A DNA stretch of 64,000 bases from Antedon mediterranea (lineage: Eukaryota > Animalia > Echinodermata), in the NCBI RefSeq assembly GCF_964355755.1, contig NC_092677.1, positions 28,507,175-28,571,174 of the forward strand, read 5' to 3'. Positions 24,401 through 40,227 of the stretch are shown here, one piece after another. The notes beneath the pieces were generated by a model. It was not told the origin of the DNA, searched no databases, and saw only the letters and a list, made by a program, of their open reading frames with translations. The translations under genes and the position numbers were made by a program. Each line of letters opens with the position of its first letter. Positions within the stretch are counted from its first letter, which is position 1.

Positions 24401-27400
24401 CAGAAATATTCGGAAATACTCGGAACTTCTCGGAACTACTCGGAACTACTCGAAACTACTCGAAACTACTCGGAACTACTCGGAACTTCTCGGAACTACT
24501 CGTAACTACTCGTCATTACTCGGGACTACTCGGAAATACTCGGAACTTATCCGAACTTATCGGAACTACTCGGAACTACTAGGAACTACTCGGAACTAAA
24601 CTGAACTACTCAAAACTTCTCAGAAATATTTTGAACTACTCGGAACTACTTTGAACTAACTAATCTGAACTACTCGGAATTATTCGAAAATACTCGGAAC
24701 TACTCGGAACTTCTCGGAACTACTCGTAACTACTCGTCATTATTCGGAACTACTCGGAACTACTCGGAAATACTCGGAACTTATCGGAACTACTCGAAAC
24801 TACTCGGAACTACTCGGAACTATTTTGAACTACTCGGAACTAAACTGAACTACTCGTAACTACTCGGAACTTCTCAGAAATATTTGGAACTACTCGGAAC
24901 TACTCTCAACTAACTAATCTGAACTACTCGGAACTATTCAGAAATATTCGGAAATACTCGGAAATACTCGGAACTTCTCGGAACTACTCGGAACTACTCG
25001 AAACTACTCAAAACTACTCAAAACTGCTAGAAACTACTCGGAACTACTCGAAACTACTCGGAACTACTCGGAACTTCTCGGAACTACTCGTAACTACTCG
25101 TCATTACTCTGGACTACTCGGAAATACTCGGAACTACTCGGAAATACTCGGAACTTATCCGAACTTATCGGAACTACTCGGAACTACTCGGAACTACTCA
25201 AAACTACTCGGAACTACTCGGAACTACTAGGAACTACTCGAAACTATTTGGAACTACTCGGAACTAAACTGAACTACTCGGAACTACTCGGAACTTCTCA
25301 GAAATATTTGGAACTACTCGGAACTACTCTGAACTAACTAATCTGAACTAATCTGAACTACTCGGAACTATTCAGAAATACTCGGAACTATCGGAACTAC
25401 TAGGAACTTTTCAGAACTACTCTAAACTACTCTGAACTATTCGGAACTATTCGGAACTACTCAGCACTACTCGGAACTACTCGGAACTTCTCGGAACTAC
25501 TCGGAACTTCTCGGATCTACCGGAACTACTCGGAGCTACTCGGAACTACTCGGAACTACTCGGAAATACTCGGAACTTATCGGAACTTATTGGAACTACT
25601 CGGAACTACTCGGAACTACTAGGAACTACTCGGAACTACTGGGAACTAAACTGAACTACTCGGAACTTCTCAGAAATATTAGGAACTACTCGGAACTACT
25701 CTGAACTAACTAATCTGAATTAATCTGAACTACTCGGAACTACTCAGAACTTCTCGGAACTACTCAACATTATTCGGAACTACTCGGAACTTATTCGAAC
25801 TTATCGGAACTACTCGGAAATACTCGGAAATACTCGGAACTTATCCGAACTTATCGGAACTACTCGGAACTACTAGGAACTACTCGGAACTAAACTGAAC
25901 TACTCGAACTACTCAAAACTTCTCAGAAATATTTGGAACTACTCGGAACTACTCTGAATTTTTCGAAAATACTCGGAACTACTCAGAAATTCTCTGAACT
26001 ACTCGTAACTACTCGTCATTATTCGGAACTACTCGGAAATACTCGGAACTTATCGGAACTACTCGAAACTACTCGGAACTACTCGGAACTATTTTGAACT
26101 ACTCGGAACTAAACTGAACTACTCGTAACTACTCGGAACTTCTCAGAAATATTTGGAACTACTCGGAACTACTCTGAACTAACTAATCTGAACTACTCGG
26201 AACTATTCAGAAATATTCGGAAATACTCGGAACTTCTCGGAACTACTCGGAACTACTCGAAACTACTCGAAACTACTCAAAACTACTCGAAACTACTCGG
26301 AACTACTAGGAACTACTCGAAACTACTCGGAACTACTCGGAACTTCTCGGAACTACTCGTAACTACTCGTCATTACTCGGGACTACTCGGAAATACTCGG
26401 AACTTATCCGAACTTATCGGAACTACTCGGAACTACTAGGAACTACTCGGAACTAAACTGAACTACTCAAAACTTCTCAGAAATATTTGGAACTACTCGG
26501 AACTACTTTGAACTAACTAATCTGAACTACTCGGAACTACTCGGAATTATTCGAAAATACTCGGAACTACTCGGAACTTCTCGGAACTACTCGTAACTAC
26601 TCGTCATTATTCGGAACTACTCGGAACTACTCGGAAATACTCGGAACTTATCGGAACTACTCGAAACTACTCGGAACTACTCGGAACTATTTTGAACTAC
26701 TCGGAACTAAACTGAACTACTCGTAACTACTCGGAACTTCTCAGAAATATTTGGAACTACTCGGAACTACTCTCAACTAACTAATCTGAACTACTCGGAA
26801 CTATTCAGAAATATTCGGAAATACTCGGAAATACTCGGAACTTCTCGGAACTACTCGAAACTACTCGAAACTGCTAGAAACTACTCGGAACTACTAGGAA
26901 CTACTCGAAACTACTCGGAACTACTCGGAACTTCTCGGAACTACTCGTAACTACTCGTCATTACTCTGGACTACTCGGAAATACTCGGAACTACTCGGAA
27001 ATACTCGGAACTTATCCGAACTTATCGGAACTACTCGGAACTTATCGGAACTACTCGGAACTACTCAAAACTACTCGGAACTACTCGGAACTACTAGGAA
27101 CTACTCGAAACTATTTGGAACTACTCGGAACTAAACTGAACTACTCGGAACTACTCGGAACTTCTCAGAAATATTTGGAACTACTCGGAACTACTCTGAA
27201 CTAACTAATCTGAACTAATCTGAACTACTCGGAACTATTCAGAAATACTCGGAACTATCGGAACTACTAGGAACTTCTCAGAACTACTCTAAACTACTCT
27301 GAACTATTCGGAACTATTCGGAACTACTCAGCACTACTCGGAACTACTCGGAACTTCTCGGAACTACTCGGAACTTCTCGGATCTACCGGAACTACTCGG

Positions 27401-27873
27401 AGCTACTCGGAACTACTCGGAACTACTCGGAAATACTCGGAACTTATCGGAACTTATTGGAACTACTCGGAACTACTCGGAACTACTAGGAACTACTCGG
27501 AACTACTGGGAACTAAACTGAACTACTCGGAACTTCTCAGAAATATTCGGAACTACTCGGAACTACTCTGAACTAACTAATCTGAATTAATCTGAACTAC
27601 TCGGAACTACTCGGAACTTCTCGGAACTACTCGTCATTATTCGGAACTACTCGGAACTTATTCGAACTTATCGGAACTACTTGGAACTACTAGGAACTAC
27701 TAGGAAGTACTCGGAACTACTCAGAACTACTCGGAACTAAACTGAACTACTCGGAACTACTCGGAACTTCTCAGAAATATTTGGAACTACTCTGAACTAA
27801 CTAATCTGAACTAAACTGAACTACTCGGAACTATTCGGAAATACTCGGAACTACTCGGAACTACTCGTAACTA

Positions 27874-28689
27874 CCGTATATTTCGGTGTATAAGTCGCAC
27901 CTGTGTATAAGACGCACCCTCTAACTGAGAGTAAAATATCTGTATTTTTTATATCGTCGGTGTATAAGACGAACCTTATATTTCATCAAAACAATGTTTT
28001 TTTAAATTGTAATCAATATTAATATTATTGTAATAATATATTTTGTTATATCTGCAACGGCGTCCTTTATTTAGGTTTTTTCTTACCTAGGCTCGGCCGC
28101 GCCCAGCCTCAACAGCCGCAACATCGAGTGCATGACCGTGTGTGTAACACGTACGTGTGGGCTAGTCTCGCTCGATCATTTCGAGAGGGCGCACGTTTTC
28201 ACGGACAATCGTATTCGATTAGTATCTATGTATCCGAGAAGTGTGTACGCTAGGTCCATGCTATAATCACCTGGAGAATATACTAGTCGATTACCGTACA
28301 CCATGTGGCCGCCAAGAAGGGCTTGCGCTGGGGGTACGGCGATCGTATGTATAACTACTGTATAAATAAATACTATTCCAATCGTACGTAAACGTTTACA
28401 AATGAAATTTTATCGCAATAATGAACAAATCTTTTCATCATATTTAGTATAACATCATGCTAAAATGCCTTGAAAACTAGGCAGAAGCAGGTTGCCGTTA
28501 CGTTAGTTAGTTACTGTAGCTAGGCCTAGCCTACTCAGGCCTACCAAACGAGCTGACGATAGCCTAGCTAGGCCTGACCTATGTAAAATCTGTGTGGTGA
28601 GGCATTTATATTCGGTTTATAAGACACACCCTTAATTTAGAGGTCAAATTTGCGTGTCAAAAGTGCGACTTATACACCGAAATATACAG
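27874..28689. mobile_element. Tc2/pogo-type MITE, copy 2 (product of the 10.2-kb duplication)
   Basis: Apparently identical sequence and flanks to 17654-18469. Confidence 0.92.
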
Positions 28690-31600
28690 TACTCGAAACT
28701 TCTCGGAACTACTCGGAACTACCGGAACTACTCGGAATTACTCGGAACTACTCGGAAATACTCGGAACTAATCGGAACTTATCGGAACTAACTAATCTGA
28801 ATTAATCTGAACTACTCGGAACTACTCAGAATTACTAGGAAATACTCGGAACTTATCGTAACTACTCGGAAATACTCGGAACTACTCGGAACTAAACTAA
28901 ACTACTCGGAACTACTCGAAACTACTCGGAACTTCTCAGAAATATTTGGAACTACTCAGAACTACTCTGAACTAACTAATCTGAACTACTCGGAACTACT
29001 CGGAACTTCTCATAAATATTTGGAAGTACTCTGAACTAACTAATATGAACTAATCTGAACTACTCGGAGCTACTCGAAACTACTCGGAACTTCTCAGAAA
29101 TATTTGGAACTACTCGGAACTACTCTGAACTAACTAATCTGAACTACTCGGAACTACTCGGAACTTCTCATAAATATTTGGAAGTACTCTGAACTAACTA
29201 ATATGAACTAATCTGAACTACTCGGAACTACTGGGAACTACTCGGAACTGCTCTGAACTGCTCGGAACTACTCTGTACTACTCGGAACTACTCTGTACTA
29301 CTCGGAACTACTCGTCATTATTCGGAACTACTCGGAAATACTCGGAACTACTCGGAAATACTCGGAACTACTCGGAAATACTCGGAACTACTCGGAAATA
29401 CTCGGAAATACTCGGAACTACTTGGAACTACTCGGAACTACTCAGAAATACTCGGAACTTATCGGAGCTACTCGGAAATACTCGGAAATACTCGGAACTA
29501 CTCGTCACAACTTGTCACAACTCGTCACTACTTGGAATTACTCGGAATTACTCGTAACTTCTCAGAACTACTCGGAACTACTCGGAACTGCTCGGAACTA
29601 CTCTGTACTACTCGGAACTACTCGTCATTATTCGGAACTACTCGGAAATACTCGGAACTACTCGGAAATACTCGGAACTACTCGGAAATACTCGGAAATA
29701 CTCGGAACTACTCGGAACTACTCAGAAATACTCGGAACTTATCGGAGCTACTCGGAAATACTCGGAAATACTCGGAACTACTCGTCACAACTTGTCACAA
29801 CTCGTCACTACTTGTCACTACTTGGAATTACTCGGAATTACTCGTAACTTCTCAGAACTACTCTGAACTACCGGAACTACTCGAAACTACTCGAAACTTC
29901 TCGGAACTATTCGAAACTGCTCGGAACTACTCTGAACTACTCGTCAATATTAACTACTCGTCAATATTCTTAACTACTCGGAAGTACTCGGAAATACTCT
30001 GAACTTATCGGAACTACTCGGAAATACTCGGAACTACTCGGAACTACTCGGAACTTTTTGGAACTACTCGGAACGACTCGGAACTACTCGGGACTTCTCA
30101 GAACAACTCGGAACTACTCGTCAATATTCGGAACTATTTGGAACTACTCGGAATTACTTGGAACTACTCGGATCTCCTTGTAACAACTCGGGACTACTCT
30201 GAACTACTCTGAACTACTCTGAACTATTCGGAACTACTCGGAACTACTCGGCACTACTCGGCACTACTCAGAACTTCTCGGAACTACTCGGAACTACCGG
30301 GAACTACTCGGAAATACTCGGAACTACTCGGAACTACTATGAACTACTCGGAACTACTCGAAACTAAACTGAACTACTCGGAACTACTCGGAACTTCTCG
30401 GAACTTCTCAGAAATATTTGGAACTACTCGGAACTACTGTAAACTAACTAATCTGAATTAATTTGAACTACTCGGAACTACTCGGAACTTCTCGGAACTA
30501 CTCGTCATTATTCGAAACTACTCGGAACTACTCGGAACTTCTCAGAAATATTTAGAACTACTCGGAACTACTCTGAACTAACTAATCTTAACTAAACTGA
30601 ACTAAACTGAACTACTCGAAACTATTCGGAAATACTCTGAACTATTGGAACTACTCGGAACTTCTTGAAACTACTCTGAACTACTCTGAACTACTCGGAA
30701 CTATTCGGAACTACTCGGCACTACTCGGAACTACTCGGAACTACTCGGAAGTACCGGAACTACTCGGAATTACTCGGAACTACTCGGAACTACTCGGAAA
30801 TACTCGGAACTTATCGGAACTAACTAATCTGAATTAATCTGAACTACTCGGAACTACTCGGAACTACTCGGAACTACTCGTAACTTATCAGAACTTATCG
30901 GAACTACTCGGAAATACTCGGAACTAAACTGAACTACTCGAAACTACTCGGAACTTCTAAGAAATATTTGGAACTACTCTGAACTAACTAATCTGAACTA
31001 AACTGAACTACTCGGAACTACTCGGAACTTCTCATAAATATTTGGAAGTACTCTGAACTAACTAATATGAACTAATCTGAACTACTCGGAACTATTTGGA
31101 ACTACTCGGAACGACTCGGAACTACTCGGGACTACTCAGGACTTCTCGGAAGTACTCGGAAGTAATTGGAACTACACAGAACTACTCGGAACTACTCAGA
31201 ACTACTCGAAACTTCTCAGAACAACTCGGAACTACTCGTCAATATTCGAAACTATTTGGAACTACTCGGAATTACTCGGAACTACTCGGATCTCCGTGTA
31301 ACAACTCGGAACTACTCGGGACTACTCGGGACTACTCTGAACTACTCTGAACTATTCGGAACTACTCGGCACTACTCGGAACTTCTCAGAACTACTCGGA
31401 ACTTCTCGGAACTACCGGAACTACTCGGAACTACTCGGAAATACTCGGAACTTATCGGAACTTATCGGAACTACTCGGAACTACTAGGAACGACTCGGAA
31501 CTACTCGGAACTAAACTGAACTACTCGGAACTACTCGGAACTTCTCAGAAATATTTGGAACTACTCGGAACTACTCTGAACTAACTAATCTGAATTAATC

Positions 31601-34553
31601 TGAACTACTCGGAACAACTCGGAACTACTCGCAACTTCTCGGAACTACTCGTCATTATTCGGAACTACTCGGAAATACTCGGAACTACTCGGAACTTATT
31701 GGAACTTATCGAAACTACTCGGAAATACTCAGAACTACTCGGAACTACTCTGAACTAACTAATCTGAACTAAACTGAACTACTCGAAACTATTCGGAATA
31801 CTTGGAAATACTCGGAACTAGTGGAACTACTCGGAACTTCTCGGAATTACTCTGAACTACTCTGTACTACTCGGAACTACTCGGCACTACTCGGAACTAC
31901 TCGGAAATACTGGGAAATTATCGGAACTAACTAATCTGAATTAATCTGAACTACTCGGAACTACTCGGAAATACTCGTAACTTATCGGAACTTATCGGAA
32001 CTACTCGGAAATACTCGGAACTAAACTGAACTACTCGAAACTACTCGGAACTTCTAAGAAATATTTGGAACTACTCTGAACTAACTAATCTGAACTAAAC
32101 TGAACTACTCGGAAATACTCGGAACTACTCGGAACTACTTGGAACTACTGTAAACTAACTAATCTGAATTAATTTGAACTACTCGGAACTACTCGGAACT
32201 TCTCGGAACTACTCGTCATTATTCGGAACTACTCGGAACTTCTCAGAAATATTTAGAACTACTCGGAACTACTCTGAACTAACTAATCTGAACTAAATTG
32301 AACTAAACTGAACTACTCGAAACTATTCGGAAATACTCGGAACTTCTTGAAACTACTCGGAACTTCTTGAAACTACTCTGAACTACTCTGAACTATTCGG
32401 AACTACTCGGAACTACTCGGCACTACTCGGAACTACTTGGAACTTCTTGGAATTACTCAAAACTTCTCGGAACTACTCAGAAGTACCGGAACTACTCGGA
32501 ATTACTCGGAACTACTCGAAACTAAACTGAACTACTCGGAACTACTCGGAACTTCTCAGAAATATTTGGAACTACTCGGAACTACTGTAAACTAACTAAT
32601 CTGAATTAATTTGAACTACTCGGAACTTCTCAGAACTACTCGTCATTATTCGGAACTACTCGGAACTACTCGGAACTTCTCAGAAATATTTAGAACTACT
32701 CGGAACTACTCTGAACTAACTAATGTGAACTAAACTGAACTAAACTGAACTACTCGAAACTATTCGGAAATACTCGGAAATACTCGGAACTATTGGAACT
32801 ACTCGGAACTTTTTGAAACTACTCTGAACTATTCGGAACTACTCGGAACTACTCGGCACTACTCGGCACTACTCGGAACTACTTGGAACTTCTTGGAATT
32901 ACTCAAAAGTTCTCGGAACTACTCGGAAGTACCGGAACTACTCGGAATTACTCGGAACTACTCGGAAATACTCGGAACTTATCGGAACTAACTAATCTGA
33001 ATTAATCTGAACTACTCGGAACTACTCGGAACTACTCGGAACTACTCGGAACTACTCTGAACTACTCGGAAATACTCGGAACTTATCAGAACTTATCGGA
33101 ACTACTCGGAAATACTCGGAACTAAACTGAACTACTCGAAACTACTCGGAACTTCTAAGAAATATTTGGAACTACTCTGAACTAACTAATCTGAACTAAA
33201 CTGAACTACTCGGAACTACTCGGAACTTCTCATAAATATTTAGAAGTACTCTGAACTAACTAATATGAACTAATCTGAACTACTCGGAACTATTTGGAAC
33301 TACTCGGAACGACTCGGAACTACTCGGGACTACTCAGGACTTCTCGGAAGTACTCGGAAGTAATTGGAACTACACAGAACTACTCGGAACTACTCGGAAC
33401 TACTCAGAACTACTCGAAACTTCTCAGAACAACTCGGAACTACTCGTCAATATTCGAAACTATTTGGAACTACTCGGAATTACTCGGAACTACTCGGATT
33501 TCCGTGTAACAACTCGGAACTACTCGGGACTACTCGGGACTACTCTGAACTACTCTGAACTACTCTGAACTATTCGGAACTACTCGGCACTACTCGGAAC
33601 TTCTCAGAACTACTCGGAACTTCTCGGAACTACCGGAACTACTCAGAAATACTCGGAACTTATCGGAACTTATCGGAACTACTAGGAACTACTCGGAACT
33701 ACTCGGAACTAAACTGAACTACTCGGAACTACTCGGAACTACTCGGAACTTCTCAGAAATATTTGGAACTACTCGGAACTACTCTGAACTAACTAATCTG
33801 AATTAATCTGAACTACTCGGAACAACTCGGAACTACTCGGAACTACTCGCAACTTCTCGGAACTACTCGTCATTATTCGGAACTACTCGGAAATACTCGG
33901 AACTTATTGGAACTTATCGGAACTACTCGGAAATACTCAGAACTACTCGGAACTACTCTGAACTAACTAATCTGAACTAAACTGAACTACTCGAAACTAT
34001 TCGGAATACTTGGAAATACTCTGAACTATTGGAACTACTCGGAACTTCTCGGAACTACTCTGAACTACTCTGTACTAATCGGAACTACTCGGCACTACTC
34101 GGAACTACTCGGAAATACTGGGAAATTATCGGAACTAACTAATCTGAATTAATCTGAACTACTCGGAACTACTCGGAAATACTCGTAACTTATCGGAACT
34201 TATCGGAACTACTCGGAAATACTCGGAACTAAACTGAACTACTCGAAACTACTCGGAACTTCAAAGAAATATTTGGAACTACTCTGAACTAACTAATCTG
34301 AACTAAACTGAACTACTCGGAAATACTCGGAAATACTCGGAACTACTCGGAACTACTAGGAACTACTTGGAACTACTCGGAACTACTCGGAACTAAACTG
34401 AACTACTCGGATCTACTCGAAACTACTCGGAACTTCTCAGAAATATTTGGAACTACTCGGAACTACTCTGAACTAACTAATCTGAACTAAACTGAACTAC
34501 TCGGAACTACTCGGAACTTCTCATAAATATTTGGAAGTACTCTGAACTAACTA

Positions 34554-37500
34554 TCTCAAAATGGAACAAGTCTACTTGCTAGCAACATTCGATGCAAAGT
34601 CCAGTTAACCCTCAAGTTACAACGCCCGAGTACATCGTACAAGAGACAGAAGTTAAAACCGAAATAACCTAAGTAACATGGAAAAGTCTACTCAAGCAAA
34701 CCCTGAAAGCGCAACAAGTATAAACAATGACAATCTATCAAATCAAACTGATATATTATTCAATCCTATTACTCTATGTAACAACTTTGACGAACAGGAT
34801 GAACTAACTGATCATAGTCTTAGCAATAAAATATGTACGATAGAGACATGCTCGTATATGAGCACAGACCAGTTAAATGACTCGGTTAATAAAATAAATA
34901 ATATCAGCTACTCATTTTTACACTATAATATCAGAAGTATTAACAAACACTTAGATGAATTAATTACTTGTTTAAACGGCATTAAACACCCATTCACTGT
35001 AATTGGCATATCAGAAACATGGCTTAAAGAAACATCACCTAGACCATACTTACCAAACTACGATTTCCATGCTCTAGACAGGGAAAATCGAAAAGGAGGT
35101 GGTGTTGGCTTGTTTATTTCAAATACTATAGAGGTCAAAACAAGAACCGATTTGATAATTAATTTCTGTGAATGTCTGTTTATTGAGATAATTAAAAAAA
35201 AGTGTAAAAATGCAATTGTTGTACTGTCTACAGACCACCAGACATGAAAATAGATGTTTTTAATGATTCACTTGAAGATGTCCTCACTGCTATAGACAAA
35301 GAAGGTAAACCATGTTATATCATGAGAGATTTTAATATCAATCTGCTTAAACATGTAACATGCAGTGATGTAAATGATTTTATTGAAATAATGATGTCTC
35401 ACTCGTTTTATCCATCTATATCTAGACCAACTAGAATACAAGACCAGTCAGTAACACTAATTGACAACATATTTTCAAATACAATTTCCGAAAAAGTTCT
35501 ATCTGGTATACTAATCTCGGACATTTCCGACCATTTACCAGTATATCAAATAACTCACTCTGCTTCGTCTTCCCACGTAAACACGCACATGAATAAAGGC
35601 ACCTCAGTCTCATGTGACACGTATATAGTTAACAATAGAAACATTATGAAACTAAATAGTGATTTATTAAGTGCAGAGTGGCTTGGAGTATATGAAGCGA
35701 CTGATCCAGAAATCGCTTATAATGATTTTCTGGATAATTTTAAGTTTCTATATAACAAACACCATAAAAAAACTGTAAAGTCATCAAAACAGTATGACAA
35801 ATTCAAGCAGCCCTGGATGAGTTTTGGGTTACTAAGGTCAAGTAAAAGAAAGCATGTACTGTATAAAAGGTTCATAAAACACCCTACTGTAAAAAACAAA
35901 AATACGTATAAAGAATTTAAAAAAGCTTTTGCACGCACGTGCAAAATCGCCAAAAAGATGTATTATGAAAATCTTTTCAATCGAACAAATGGTAATATTA
36001 AAAAAACATGGAATGTTATAAATGATTAATTGATCCGAATAAAGGAAAAACTAAAGTTCCATCTTCTTTTACACATAGCAATGAAACTATACATGGTTGC
36101 GAAAATGTTGTAAATCATATTAATGATTATTTTATTAATGTAGGTTGTAAGGTTCGAGACAATATTGAGTCTACTACGACAAAATATTCTGAATACCTCA
36201 CAAACAAACAACGCAACTCAATGTTTTTTTGCTATGTTGATGAGGAGGAGGTACTAAAAGTTATTGAATCTCTCGATTCAAACAAAGCCCCCGGATTTGA
36301 TGACATTTCAGCAAAAGTTGTAAAGGAAGTAAAATACAATATTTTAAAGCCGCTGACATATATTTTTAATTTATCACTTCAAACTGGACTAATACCAGGG
36401 AAATTGAAAATTTCCAAAGTAGTTCCCATACATAAAAAAGGGGACCGCCATTTGGCCTCAAACTATCGTCCCATATCGCTGTTGCCCATTTTTTCGAAAG
36501 TTTTTGAAAAGATTATCCATAATCAATTATACAATTATCTTACAAAATGTAAAGTGTTAAGCAACAATCAATATGGATTTAGAAACAAACACTCAACTTC
36601 TCATGCTATGATCGACTTGGTCCATAAAATATTAAATGCATTTGAAAAAAAGGAATATGCACTTACTACCTTTATGGATTTGTCAAAAGCGTTTGACATT
36701 ATCGATCACAGTATTCTGTTGAGCAAATTGGCGCATTATGGTATAAGAGGCATCGTTTTAATGTGGTTTAGAAACTATTTAAGTGGCCGCAAACAATATG
36801 TTTATGCCAACGGTAGATCATCATGTTTAAAAGACACCAATATAGGGGTGCCACAGGGTTCTGTTTTAGGACCACTTTTGTTTTTAATTTACATCAATGA
36901 TATAAGTCGAGCAAGTAGTAAAATAGATATAATTAGTTTTGCTGACGACACAACTTGTATAACAAGGGGAGATGACCCTACAATGTTAAACCATACTATG
37001 AATATTGAACTAGAAAAAATAAACGTATGGCTTAAAGCAAATAAGCTGTTACTGAATGTCAGCAAAACTAATTACGTTGTTTTTAGAACTAGCCAAAAGA
37101 ACTTTGACAAAAACCAGTTTAAAATAAAAATGAATAATGTGTTATCACATAGAAAAGAAAATGTGACATTTCTAGGTGTAATTTTAAACGAAAATCTTAA
37201 CTGGAAACATCACATACAGCTTATTAGGAAAAAAATGTCTAGGGCAATTGGTATACTTTTAAAAGTAAGAGAATTCTTTCCTCATAAAGTCCGTATTAGT
37301 CTTTATAACACCTTAGTATTACCTCACCTTCAGTATGGTAACTTAATATGGGGAAATACATACAAGAGCACGTTAGAAGTAATACTAAAACTCCAAAAGA
37401 GAGCTGTAAAATGCATTACCTTCTCTAAATCCAGACAAGCCTCAGAGCCACTGTTTAAGAAACTAAAAATATTAAACGTTTATGATATTTACAAAGTAAA

Positions 37501-37940
37501 CGTCATAGGATTTATGGCAAACGTAAAATTCAATGAATTACCACATCACATTTTAAATATTTTTAATTACTGTGACAGTATTAGGCCTACTCATAACCTC
37601 AGAACAGAAACTGAATTCGAAATTCCCTTCACAAGACTAACTTGCAGTCAACAGTTTATACACATATATGGACCAAAATTGTGGAAAGAATTCACTTGTA
37701 ATGGTGGTAATAAACCGGTTATCTTAAAGAAACAAAATAAATGTATAAAAAAACAGATTAAAACATACTTTTTATCACTATATGCTGATTAACAACACCT
37801 TTGTTTATTTAAGTTCTATATACTTGTTCTTATGTAAAAGGGTCCTACAAAAAAACGAAGCTACAGCTTTTTTATGCAGGATCCCTGTTCTCAGTTGTAC
37901 TGTAATTATGATGTACTATAATTGATGACTAAATAAATGT
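34554..37940 (+). mobile_element. CR1/L2-group (Crack-like) LINE A, 5'-truncated in ORF1, ORF2 with two frameshifts
   Basis: ORF1 tail 34554-34667. ORF2 34678-37792 has NIRS, ISETWL, GGGVG, SDHLP, GVPQGSVLGP and FADDT, with 1-bp deletions near 35221 and 36026 and GDFN changed to RDFN. 3' UTR has a stem-loop at ~37841-37885 and AATAAA. Confidence 0.95.
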
Positions 37941-40227
37941 GGAAATACTCGGAAATACTCGGAACTATTTGGAACTACTCGGAACTACTCGGAAGTACTC
38001 GGAACTACACAGAACTACTCGGAACTACTCGAAACTTCTCAGAACAACTCAGAACTACTCGTCAATATTCGGAACTATTTGGAACTACTCGGAATTACTC
38101 GGAACTACTCGGATCTCCTTGTAACAACACGGAACTACTCGGGACTACTCTGAACTACTCTGAACTACTCTGAACTACTCGGAACTATTCGGAACTACTC
38201 GGAACTACTCGGAACTACTCGGCACTACTCGGAACTTCTCGGAACTACTCGGAACTTCTCGGAACTACCGGAACTACTCGGAACTACTCGGAACTACTCG
38301 AAAATATTCGGAAATACTCAGAACTTATCGGAACTTATCGGAACTACTCGGAACTACTCGGAACTAAACTGAACTACTCGGAACTTCTCAGAAATATTTG
38401 GAACTACTCGAAACTACTCTGAACTAACTAATCTGAATTAATCTAAATTACTCGGAACTACTCGGAAATACTCGGAACTTCTTGGAACTACTCGTCATTA
38501 TTCGGAACTACTCGGAACTACTCGGAAATACTCGGAACTTATTGGAACTTATTGGAACTTATCGGAAATACTCGGAACTACTCGGAAATACTAGGAACTA
38601 CTTGGAACTTCTCAGAAATATTTGGAACTACTTGGAACTACTCTGAACTAACTAATCTGAACGAAACTTAACTACTCGGAACTACTCGGAACTACTCGGA
38701 ACTTCTCATAAATATTTGGAAGTACTCTGAACTAACTAATATGAACTAATCTGAACTACTCGGAACTACTGGGAACTACTCGGAACTATTCGGAAATACT
38801 CGGAAATACTCTGAACTACTCTGAACTACTCGGAACTACTCGTCATTATTCGGAACTACTCAGAACTACTCGGAACTACTCGGATCTCCTTGTAACAACA
38901 CGGAACTACTCGGGACTACTCTGAACTACTCTGAACTATTCGGAACTACTCGGAACTACTCGGCACTACTCGGAACTTCTCAGAACTACTCGGAACTTCT
39001 CGGAACTACCGGAACTACTCGGAACTACTCGGAACTTATCGGAACTACTCGGCACTACTAGGAACTACTCGGAACTACTCGGAACTAAACTGAACTACTC
39101 GGAACTTCTCAGAAATATTTGGAAGTACTCGGAACTACTCTGAACTAACTAATCTGAATTAATCTGAACTACTCGGAACAACTCGGAACTACTCGCAACT
39201 TCTCGGAACTACTCGTCATTATTCGGAACTACTCGGAAATACTCGGAACTACTCGGAACTTATTGGAACTTATCGGAACTACTCGGAAATACTCAGAACT
39301 ACTCGGAACTACTCTGAACTAACTAATCTGAACTAAACTGAACTACTCGAAACTATTTGGAATACTTGGAAATACTCGGAACTATTGGAACTACTCGGAA
39401 CTTCTCGGAACTACTCTGAACTACTCTGTACTACTTGGAACTACTCGGCACTACTCGGAACTATTCGGAAATACTGAAAACTTATCGGAACTAACTAATC
39501 TGAATTAATCTGAACTACTCGGAACTACTCGGAAATACTCGAAACTAAACTGAACTACTCGAAACTACTCGGAACTTCTAAGAAATATTTGGAACTACTC
39601 TGAACTAACTAATCTGAACTAAACTGAACTACTCAGAAATACTCGGAAATACTCGGAAATACTCGGAACTACTCGGAACTACTAGGAACTACTTGGAACT
39701 ACTCGGAACTACTCGGAACTAAACTGAACTACTCGGATCTACTCGAAACTACTCGGAACTTCTCAGAAATATTTGGAACTACTCGGAACTACTCTGAACT
39801 AACTAATCTGAACTAAACTGAACTACTCGGAACTACTCGGAACTTCTCATGAATATTTGGAAGTACTCTGAACTAACTACTCGGAAATACTCGGAAATAC
39901 TTGGAACTATTTGGAACTACTCGGAACGACTCGGAACTACTCGGGACTACTCGGAAGTACTCGGAACTACACAGAACTACTCGGAACTACTCGAAACTTC
40001 TCAGAACAACTCAGAACTACTCGTCAATATTCGGAACTATTTGGAACTACTCGGAATTACTCGGAACTACTCGGATCTCCTTGTAACAACACGGAACTAC
40101 TCGGGACTACTCTGAACTACTCTGAACTACTCGGAACTACTCGGCACTACTCGGCACTACTCAGAACTACTCGGCACTACTCGGAACTACTCGGAACTTC
40201 TCGGAACTACCGGAACTACTCGGAACT

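Larger units (their letters stand above)
13770..34184 (+). repeat. Near-identical tandem duplication, unit ~10.2 kb
   Basis: Offset of 10220 (MITE 17654 vs 27874; ORF 19202 vs 29422) shifts to 10180 after a net 40-bp loss near 30710-30750 (20916 vs 31096; 23114 vs 33294). Confidence 0.95.
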
